Assembly (NCBI RefSeq): GCF_004010195.1 | Contig: NC_057718.1 | Coordinates: 69,144,346-69,208,345, forward strand | DNA: 64,000 bases | From: Chiloscyllium plagiosum | Taxonomy: Eukaryota | Direction: 5' to 3' | Shown: positions 26,250-35,920 of the stretch, one piece after another | How the letters are laid out: each line of letters begins with the position of its first letter | Position numbering within the stretch: position 1 is the first letter of the stretch | Program-made: the position numbers and the translations under genes | Notes under the pieces: model-generated | Seen by the model: only the letters and a program-made list of their open reading frames with translations | The model's database searches: none | Told to the model about the DNA's origin: nothing

Positions 26250-27060
26250 GAGAGGTGGCAGAGAACGTGAAATTGACCCTGTGTTTTTCCAGCAGTGACC
26301 TGGGAACTTTTGTGGATGGGTGGTCCACCAGTGATGTGTCATTCTCTTGAAGCGCAGGCAGAAGAAGCTATGTGACCAGTTTAGTAGGAAATTGCTACCC
26401 GGATCACTGCTGGCACAAGGGTTCAGAGGACTAGAATACAGTGTAGAGAGAAGGTCAATGATTTTCTCTGCTTTTCCAGGGTAAGTGAGACACTCTGTTC
26501 TCTGCTAATTCCCACTCACCCTGTCGCCACACCCACCTCCCACTAAAGTTCATGCTCTGACACCCCCTCTGTTGCTTGCAACACATAATAGAACATAGAA
26601 CATAGAAGAATACAGCGCAGTACAGGCCCTTCGGCCCTCGATGTTGCGCCGATCCAAGCCCACCTAACCTACACTAGCCCACTATCCTCCATATGCCTAT
26701 CCAATGCCCGCTTAAATGCCCATAATGAGGGAGAGTCCACCACTGCTACTGGCAGGGCATTCCATGAACTCACGACTCGCTGAGTAAAGAACCTACCCCT
26801 AAAATCTCATTATCTCGCTTGATCTCGTTATTGACCCTGTCATGCTTTAACATTACTAATTCTAAATGACCTCCCTAGTATATCCCCACTCCCTCAGAGC
26901 ACCTTAATGCCTTACTCCCACATTTACCAGATCTAACAGCTGTCTACCCACTTGCGTCGAACACATTACCCCCTTTTTGTCATTAGACGAAAAGGCACCC
27001 CATAAAAGGACAGAACAATGCAGGAGAGATGCATGGGGTGCCCGATATCTATGTCCTCAC
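26250..27060 (+). pseudogene. Harbinger-type Myb/SANT-like DNA-binding ORF remnant, two exons
   Basis: Exon 1 ends *EIATRITAGTRVQRTRIQCREKVNDFLCFSR|GTAAGT (26481). Acceptor at 26986, then EKAPHKRTE..GVPDIYVLTP. Stops and frameshifts present. Confidence 0.6.
26587..26803 (-). mobile_element. Young CR1 3' end with an (ATAGAAC)n tail, inside the Myb-remnant intron
   Basis: CpG-rich. Minus strand encodes FFTQRVVSSWNALP. Confidence 0.9.
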
Positions 27061-27225
27061 ACCTACCTCTTTGCTATCTCTGGAGAAGACTGGGACATAC
27101 ACCTGCCTTCTCACTGCCTCTGGAGAAGACTGGGACATACACCTGCCTCCTCACTGCCTCTGGAGAAGAGTGGGACATACAACTGCCTCCTTGCTGCCTC
27201 TAGAGAAGAGTGGGACATCTCCTGC
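27059..27225. repeat. 40-bp minisatellite, about 4 copies
   Basis: Unit tggagaagactgggacatacacctgcctyctcactgcctc starting at 27081, 27121, 27161 and 27201. Confidence 0.95.
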
Positions 27226-27819
27226 TAGGATGCAGAGGAATCCATGTCCCTCCAACCAAGGACCATTTGTCGCTCCACTGCAACTCACCAGGCAATGCAG
27301 GCTAAGGTCTGTACATATCCTTGACTAGTGACTATGTATGTCCAGAACAGCAACACTCCTACCCCACCCCTCCCAAATGGCATGATGGAGACAAAGGACT
27401 GTGTAATCTGCTCCCTTGAATTCAGAAGCATGGATCCACTCATCACCCCCACTCCCCACCCCCTGCACAACCACTCTATTTGGACACCTGATGGCGTCTG
27501 AAACCTTGGGTTGGAATGGAAGGCAGTACTTGACTAACAGTACCCCTGACTGTTAGTTCCCTTCATGGACTTCACTGAAGAATACTCTCCTAATAGTTTG
27601 GGACAAGGCTAACTGCTTGCTGCAAATGCACTGGGCTTGGCACAAACTCTGCAACAAAATGGTGCAGATGTGACACTGACATGGTACTCTGCCAAATGCA
27701 AAAAGTGTGAAACCCTGACTTGGGACTTCTGTGATGTGGAGGAGCTTGTGTTAGACTGGGGTGAACAAAGTTAAAAATTACACATCACCATATGATAGTC
27801 CAACAGGTTTATTTGGAAG

Positions 27820-27854
27820 TACTAGCTTTCGGAGTGCTGCTCCTTCATCAGATA
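27820..27854 (-). ncRNA. Minimal type-I hammerhead ribozyme motif
   Basis: UAU-CUGAUGA-A-GGAG cagca CUCC-GAA-AGCU-A-GUA. Confidence 0.7.
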
Positions 27855-28031
27855 GCTGTGGAGTAGGACCATAAGAGACAGAGTTTTTAGAAAAGTTTTG
27901 TGTCATGCAACTGAACTGATATATTGAACAAGCCTAGATTGCTGTCTAGGTTTGTTCGATACATCATTTCGGTTGTATAACACTGTAATCTTTTGCTATA
28001 AATTCTGTGCCTTATGGTCCAGCTCTACAAC

Positions 28032-28066
28032 CACCTGATGAAGGAGCAGCACTCCGAAAGCTAGTG
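28032..28066 (+). ncRNA. Minimal type-I hammerhead ribozyme motif (intact core)
   Basis: CAC-CUGAUGA-A-GGAG cagca CUCC-GAA-AGCU-A-GUG. Stem I CAC/GUG, stem II GGAG/CUCC, palindromic stem III AGCU, predicted cleavage after CUA. Confidence 0.8.
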
Positions 28067-29504
28067 CTTTCAATAAACCTGTTGGACTGTAGCCTGGTGT
28101 TGTGTGATTTTTAACTTTGGGACTGTTGAGCAGCATGGCCAGCGATTTGGTTCTGTGACTGTGCTAACTGACACTCCAAGACAGAGCAAGGCAAGGCATG
28201 CAAGCTATGGGCATATCGATAGGTACCAGGTCAATGCATACTAAGAAAGCAAATAATCTGCCCTGGATGACTGACTCATTCAGGCTGTGGGCCAAGTGCC
28301 TGATTTTCTTTGTTGATTGTTGATTTCTGGTTGCTGATATGCCATGTTATGCATGTCTGGATTTCCCAGGAGCACTGCTAGTACATTGGAGGGGTGTCAA
28401 GATGGTGGCAAATGTTGCTGAATTTCAGATGCCAATATCCACAAATGAAGGATGGTGCCCTAAGTTACTGTTTGCTTGTGAGTAACAGCGAAGCCATTCG
28501 GAGGAAGCGCTGAGCTGAACCCGGCAGGTACCCATGCTGGGTTTCCTTGATGGCTAATTTGTTGGGTGAGTTTGGTAAGATCAATAGCAGAATGATTACA
28601 AGATAAATTGGGCTTAAAAACAAGCTTAACAAGTATTAATCATGATCAATTGACAACTTGCTGCTTCCTGACGAGAATCTCACCAAGCTGCTTGGAAAAA
28701 TGTAAAGGTTGAAGCAGGATAATCTTGATTTCAGGATGAGTCTCGCCAATTCAGCCACACCTCTTTTTATAGCTCATGTTGCTTAGACTTGTAAGATTCC
28801 ACTCCTGGAATTGACTGCCCTCAATGGCAGTGGAAGTGGAAAAGATTATTGCTTTTAAACATAAATTGGATGAGCACTTTCACGACTGTGAGGATGGAGT
28901 GTGGGAATGGGACAGACTGGATTACACTAGAAAGCTGGTAATGGATTGAATAGCGTTCTCTGTTGCATAATGACTCAAAACTCCAATTTAATAATATCGC
29001 TGAAAATTTCACATCCTAACCTTTTCTGTTGTTGTAAAGTCTTCTTTTCTGAACCTTGTTGTTTTATTATTTGTAAATTTGTGCCTCTCACTGACTAGTG
29101 GAAATAGTCCCATAACCATTCAGAATTTTCAAACTCTCCTTTAGATGATCACTTTAACTTTCTCTTTTCTAGCTGAGAAGTTTAAACTTAGCTGAATGCA
29201 TTTGTTTGAATTGCGACTTGAATCATATATTTCACAGTCTATTTATTAAGTAATCTGAAAATGTTCTGAATTTTCCACTGCAAGTATCACAATATTCAGC
29301 AAGGAAACCCAGACATGATTCAAACAGACTGTCATGTCTTTTATCCTCCCAGGTACTATTACCTCAGGCCAATTTCCACATTATTTCAGTTGGATTTTTA
29401 TGTGGGTGAATTGCTCAAGCAGACAGAAAGTGACAACACATTTGTGCAGCTTTAAAAAGTAGGGAGGGAAACGTTTTTGACAAAGTAATATTTTTTAACT
29501 TCAG

Positions 29505-29608
29505 TCGAGACTGTTTTACCAAGTGAGGTATCTGAACTAATTGTAGAAAAATTCACGACGAGACGGCAGCACAAGTCCAACTGGAAGAGTGATTACAAGC
29601 TTTTTGAG
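29505..29608 (+). CDS. Candidate coding exon D (phase 1-0): (V)ETVLPSEVSELIVEKFTTRRQHKSNWKSDYKLFE
   Basis: Acceptor attttttaacttcag, donor GAG|gtattt, four CpGs, phase matches exon C. Caveat: it abuts or overlaps a Deu-SINE-like remnant. Confidence 0.35.
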
Positions 29609-30414
29609 GTATTTTAACCCCAGCTCATATTACCATTTCCTAGCCAAGATGTATTTTTTTACTAAGTCACATTGTGAGACCATGCTGATTTGTGCTTATG
29701 TTTCTTACATAAGAAGTGAATGACTACCCTTGTACCACAGAGCTGAGGCTAAAATACTTTCTCAGTGGAAGAGCCTGACATCCTGGGTCATCTTTATGAT
29801 GATGTGGCCTGGGAAACCTTTAGAGTTTTATGAATGCTGTTCCTAATTAAAAGCACAGAATTAGCCCTTAAATAATTCAAGCACTGTTTGACTCATGAGT
29901 TTGGTAAGGTTGAATATAACTCCGTTTCAGGGCTGACAGTGATTAGCTCACTAACTCCTGAATGAGAGGTCAGGATAGGTTCAGTCGTGCCAATGGTTGT
30001 AATTTGCAGAAGAGCTCTATTCCTCATCTCTCATATTGTTTTTTAATTCAACCAGTTACAGGGGCTTGTCAATTAAAGAAGAGCCTATTGCTAACAAATT
30101 AACAAGCAAAATATTGCAAGGAACATTAGCACATCAAATTAAAATTTTGTTTGGGTTACTGATGATGCACCTTAGCCCCTCAGATGTATGTACATCGTGG
30201 AAAACATCAAGTGTACCAGTGGACACCATGTGCTTCATCTTCACAGACACCTGGGTGCAAATGTGGCATCTAAGCAAAACAGATGAACCTCCCTGTGGCA
30301 CCTTGACCAGGCCTGGGGTTGTCCATAAGCAGGTTCTGATCTGCCTACTTCACTTCACACTTGGTGACAAAAGATCAGGGACGTGGTACTGCAGTGCAGC
30401 CAAACATTGAGAAA

Positions 30415-31108
30415 CTGTTTGGATGTGAATATAGGAGATATGATTAGTAAGTTTGCAGATGACACCAAAATAAAGTTAAAAATCACACAATAGTCTAACA
30501 GGTTTAATTGGAAGCACACTAGCTTTTGGAGCGACGCTCCTTCATCATCCGAATCATGACACCAAAATAGGTGGTGTAATGGACAGTAAAGAAGATTATT
30601 TCAGACTACAACAGGACCTTAATCAGATGGGCCAATGGGCTGAGGAGTAGCCGATGGAATTTAATTGGAAGATTTGAGTCATAACGAGAGGCTGAATAAG
30701 GTGGAGCTTTTGGCGATGGAGCATTAGAGGCTGAGGAATAACCTTACAGAAATTTATAAAATCATGAGGGGTTCAGACAGGGTGAATAGTCAAGGTCTTT
30801 TTCCTAGGGTGGGGAAGTCCAAAACTAGATGGCATAGGTTTAAAATGAGAGGGGAAAGATTTAAAAAGGACGTCAGGGGTTACATTTTCATGCAGAGGAT
30901 GGCGCATGCATGGAATGATCTGCCAGAGGAAGTGGTGGAGGTTGGTACAATTACAACATTTAAAGATATCTGGATGGGTATATGAATAGGAGGAGTTTAG
31001 AGGAATATGGACCAAATGTTGGCAAATGGGACTAGGTGAGGTTGGGATGTATGGTTGACGCGGACAAATTGGACCGAAGAGTCTGTTACTATGACTTTAT
31101 GACTGTAT
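30415..31108 (+). mobile_element. CR1/HER1 LINE fragment with an internal deletion
   Basis: SKFADDTKIGG, ORF 30764..30985 and a CR1 3' UTR. Confidence 0.9.
30473..30555 (-). mobile_element. 83-bp PLE-derived insert with a 14-bp TSD and degenerate hammerhead
   Basis: TSD atgacaccaaaata at 30459-30472 and 30556-30569. Minus strand UGAUGAAGGAGCGUCGCUCCAAAAGCUAGUG. Confidence 0.85.
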
Positions 31109-31158
31109 AACTAGTGAAACAGAGATTCCTCAGCTATTTTATTTCATTTTATCTTCAG

Positions 31159-31221
31159 CTACCATTGATTGGCATTCAGAACATTGCCAAACAATCCTTG
31201 ACTCTTCCTGTCAATGTCAAG
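31159..31221 (+). CDS. Candidate coding exon E (phase 0-0): LPLIGIQNIAKQSLTLPVNVK
   Basis: Strong acceptor ttttatttcattttatcttcag, moderate donor AAG|gtgatg. Confidence 0.22.
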
Positions 31222-31517
31222 GTGATGTCTGCTGTCTAACTGGACATTTTCCATCCATCTTGCACTCATAAGTCTTCAGCAGAACACTTGTCAACTGAGA
31301 CAACAAGTAAAATACTTACAATGCTAGAAATCCAAAATAAAAACAGAAATTGCTGGAGGTGCTGTAAAGGTCAGACTGCAAGATGATTGACATCGTCGTA
31401 TTATTCTTTTCTCCATGCATGCTGAATGATTTTATTTCCTACCAGCTGAGAGTTAGTGACAGTTTTAGGAAGATAGCTTGAAGGATCCCAAACTTTTTTT
31501 GAAGAAAGAATCTGCAG

Positions 31518-31790
31518 TTAGACTTTACAAACCTGGGGATAAATTTTGTACCTTTTGCGTGATGGAAGATGGTGGAAGAGGGTATAATTAGGGTGGGACG
31601 GGTCTTTGATTATGTTGGCTGTTTTCCCAAGGCAGTCAGAAGTGTAGACAGAGTCAATGGAAGGAAGGCTGGTTTTCGTAATGGACTGGGCTACATTCAC
31701 AACTCGCTATAATTTCTTGTGGTCTTGGACAAAACAGTTGTCATTCCAAACTGTGATGCATTCGAATGGATGCATCTATAAAAATTGTTA
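31518..31790 (-). mobile_element. Rex1/Babar-type LINE 3' fragment
   Basis: LPSIDSVYTSDCLGKTANIIKDPSHPNYTLFHHLPSRKRY, the typical DPSHP...LPSGRRY end of Rex1-like RTs. Confidence 0.75.
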
Positions 31791-32354
31791 AGAGACTTCT
31801 CAGTATCTCAGTACATGTGACAATAATGCATCAAATTAAATCTGATGCATCTTAATTAGAATGGTTTAGTCTCTCTCATTGGATCAGATAACACTCAAAT
31901 GTACCTGCAGGCTTTGCTATCAGCTTTGAAAATAGAGAAAATCCCCACCTTTACAACTAAAAATGGGGTCAGAGTCCTTGGGAATGGGTGCTCTCATGTT
32001 CTGTTTCACCTTCCTTCTCCAGAAGAATAGTCCATCAAAATTTGAGCCAATAATATGTCTTGTTTTGTCCATGTAATTGTAAGGACAGGAGTCCACTGAA
32101 TTAACATTGTGAATGTATTCAAACATTGTTTGCAATGACATCTTCATTTTAGAATAATTTTTCCACTCATTCAGATTGCTCATGCTTTTCACACAAACTT
32201 TAAATATTCTGATCAATATATTTATTGATATAAAACAACACAACTTATAAACCACTGCAAGTTTCTAATTCTAAGGGGAGTTTTAATTGTGAGAAGGTTT
32301 ATAAAATAGAACATCAGTTGGCCATTCCCTCCTTGAGATTCTGGGCAGCTGATA

Positions 32355-33685
32355 GCATGGATCTGACAAGGGAGTTGCAGAGGGAATGGTCTCTCTGAAA
32401 CGCTGATAGGGGTGGGGAAAGAAATGTCCCTGGTGGTAGGGTCTGTTTGTTGGTGGTGCAAGTGACAGAGGGTGAACGATGTGCATGGAGGTTGGTGGGG
32501 TGGAAGGTGAGGGTATTCTGTCCTTGTTTCATTTGGAGGAGTGGGGTTCAAGGGCGGAGGTGCGGGAAGTGGAGGTGATGCGCTGGAGGACATCATCAAC
32601 CACGTGAGAGGGGAAGATGCGGTCTTTGAAGAAGGAGGCCATCTGGGATTTTCTATGATGGAATTATCTATTCTCAATTCCTCCGTCTGTGCCCCATCTG
32701 TTCCCAGGATGACCAATTTCACCATAGAAAATCCCAGATGGCCACTGTCTAACTCCCTCATGAGATCCATGCCCTCCACCAGTCCTCACCCCTCTCCTGG
32801 CACCTTCTCCTGCCTCATCCTCTGCCTTTGGACCCTGTGACCACATGGGATTAGTGGAATTTCACCAGTTTCCTCATTTCCCTTCCCCCCACCTTATCCC
32901 AGTCCCAACCCTCCAACTTGGCACTGCCCTCTTGACCTGTCCATCGCCTTTCCCAGGAAGTTTTGCAGGAAGTGCAAAACTTGTGCCCCACACCTCCTCC
33001 CTCACCTCCGTCAAAGCCCCAAAGGATCCTTCCACATCAGATTAAAATTTACCTGTACCTTCAATAATGTCATCTTCTGCATCCGTTGCACCCGGTGGTC
33101 TCATCTACATCGGGGAGGCAGGGCGTCAACTTGTGGATTGTTTCAGAAAATACCTCTGGGACACCCGCACTAACCAACCCTACCACCCCACTTCAACTCC
33201 CCTTCCCACTCCACTGTGGACATGCAAGTCCTGGGTTACCTCTATCACCAAACCCCAATCACACGATGCCTGGAGGAAAAATGCCTCATCCTCTGCCTTG
33301 GGACCCTGTGACCACATGGGATTAGTGGAATTTCACCAGTTTCCTCATTTCCCTTCCCCCCACCTTATCCCAGTCCCAACCCTCCAACTTGGCACTGCCC
33401 TCTTGACCTGTCCATCGCCTTTCCCATCTATCCCCTTCATCCTCCTCTCCAACCTATCACTTTCTCCTCCACCTTCATCTACCTACTGCATTCCCAGCTG
33501 CCTTTCCCCCCAGCCCACGCCCCTCCCATTTATCCTTCAGTCCCCCGGTCCACAAGCCTCATCCTAATGAAGTGCTTATGCCTGAACTATCGATTCTCTT
33601 CCTCAGATGTTGCCTGACCTGCTGTGCTTTTCCAGCACCATACTCTTGACTCTGATCTCCAGCATCTGCAGTCCTCACTTTCTTC
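32355..33685 (+). mobile_element. Rearranged Penelope-like (Neptune-type) element with a GIY-YIG remnant and an inverted 5' part
   Basis: GLIYIGEAGRQLVDCFRKYL (ORF 33067..33567). The C-rich 3' region ends in a degenerate hammerhead at 33564. Segment 32355-32665 is inverted. Confidence 0.8.
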
Positions 33686-33753
33686 TTTAACACAGAATAA
33701 GGGCTACTGATTAAGGAATAGCATCCATAGGGACTTGTTTAGTTGAACAAAAC

Positions 33754-33886
33754 TATTCCCGATGAAGGCATTTTGCCCGAAACATTGATTTTCCTGCTCA
33801 TTGGATGCTGCCTGACCTGCTGTGCTTTTCCAGCACCACTCTAATCTAGACTCTGACCTCCAGCATTTGCAGTCCTCACTTTTGCC
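33754..33886 (+). mobile_element. 133-bp PLE-derived insert starting at a degenerate hammerhead, with a 14-bp TSD
   Basis: TSD tagttgaacaaaac at 33740-33753 and 33887-33900. Contains ccgatgaaggcattttgcccgaaacattg. Confidence 0.85.
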
Positions 33887-35587
33887 TAGTTGAACAAAAC
33901 AGTCTATTTTGTCTGAACAGAACTTTCTATGTAGTATTTTTGATGTAAGTTTATTGCTTGCATTTAATTAGCAGAAATTAGACTCAACACAAGTTGAGTT
34001 CCTATGATCCTCTGTGCTTGCTAGGAGAAAAAAAGAACACTAGAATCAGCTTAATCCAGATAACTGGCTACATCCTTGGTGAGTTAATCGCCATTGAGAG
34101 CTTTCATTAACAAATTTTAGTTGTAGGTCCTTGAGGAGTCATTAAAGAATAAATTGCATGAGGGCATTAATAGGCATCTTTTAAAGTTTTTTTTACTTTA
34201 CCAAGAAACTAACTACTGTATCCCAAAATAATTAACAAATGGTTCTTCCTTTTATATAGGTCTTTCTTAGTGATTTAAAGTCAAGTTACACAGAGAAGTT
34301 GCATTGACATTGTAATTAAGCAATACTTTTTCTCTGGTAGTAAATTCACTTCCATTAAATAGCACTGCATTTGCTATTCTTATATATATAAAGGATTAGT
34401 TTTGTAGCAAATTAATTGTTACAATTACTATATTTCAAAGTAATGCCCAGTTAGACTGTTCCATTACTGATTTTGTGGCCACTGATAAGCTGGAAAGATG
34501 AGAGAAACAAAATGCTTTTGAAACTGGTGTAATTTTGGGCACTATTTGCATTTGAGTCATTGATTGCAATCAGGATGGAAACTGTACTTCACTGTATTTA
34601 ATTTCCTTTTAAAATGATATTCTGCAACAGCTTGAAAAATGGATCAGCAGACTGAATTTTATTTGTGTAAAAAAAATCTATTTTTATTAGACTTATTGAC
34701 CTATGATTTGGCCAAATTTAAAATAATATTGTAAAAGAAAGAGCTAATAAAAGAAATTATACTGAACAAAGTCTAAAAAGTTAAGACTGAAGCCAAAATT
34801 TCCATCTGGTTCTTGTGGTGAGTGCCAAACAGTTACACCATTGCTGACAGGCCATTGGATTGAACAAAGCCAAAGTAATTTACAAAACAGCCACATAAAT
34901 TTCAAGAAGTGCCTGGATTAAAAGCTAAACTATTTATGTGGAAGAAATGAGCTCACAAATCAATGGAGAATGCACGTCTGCAACATGTTACGTTCATTAT
35001 GGAGATTTCAGTGTTCTGAACCAACAAAGGTGTCAACACTTTGGAGTAATGCAGCCTAGAACACATCCATGACATTGTGGAGTGATAGATGATGGGGGAG
35101 ATTTGGGCACACAGTGAGGCAGGGCAACATTGTTAAATTGTGATGAAGGAGGCAATTTGGTCAATTGTGACAACACTGGATCTGCATAGAGCAACCCAAT
35201 CAGGTCACATTTCCCTGCTCTATCCCGGTATACCTGCAAGCTTTTTTTCCCCTCAAGTGCGATTTCTTTTTTAAAGAATAAATTATTCGAATCATCTCTG
35301 GTTCAATTGACCTGTAGGTGGTGACGTTCAGGTCCTTCAACTTGCTACTCAAAAACCTTTAACAAATCCATCTAAATGCAGTGATTCTATGACAATCAAC
35401 TGTTCAGAAAGTATAGAGATGTTCCTGCAATCACTGATGTGTCTCAGATGGCCTATTGCCTCTCGAATGCCAGGGTAAAGAATATTAAAGAATAGATACA
35501 GAACATTTTGTGAGGGAAAGAAGAACAATCAGAATTCCCGGTTGGAACCGTTGACATTAGTAGGAAGACATTCCTACAGAATATTGT

Positions 35588-35920
35588 AGAATCCCTACGG
35601 TGTGGATACAGGCCATTTGGCCCATCGAGGCACAGCAGCCCTCTGAAGGGTATCCCAATCAGACCCTATCCCTATAAGCCCACCTTTCCCAAGGCTAACC
35701 CACCTAGCATGCACATGCCTGGACACCAGGAGCAATTTTGCATGACCAATCCACCTAACCTGCGCATTTTTGGACTGTGGGAGGAAACTAGAGCACCAAG
35801 AGGAAACTCATGCAGTCACGGGGAGAATGTGCAAGCTCCACATAGACAGTCACCCGAGGGTGGAGTCAAACCCATTTTCCTGGCACTGTGAGACAGCAGT
35901 GCTAGCCACTGTGTCACCCC
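35588..35920 (-). mobile_element. HE1 SINE
   Basis: Canonical HE1 body. Confidence 0.9.

Larger units (their letters stand above)
27728..28119. mobile_element. PLE-derived inverted-repeat element with a hammerhead motif in each arm
   Basis: Arms at about 27767-27896 and 27990-28119. Possible TSD ttgggact. Confidence 0.85.

Noticed and set aside
26977..27328. Repetitive ORFs or a CRISPR-like array
   Set aside because: A contiguous 40-bp tandem repeat with no unique spacers, in eukaryotic DNA.
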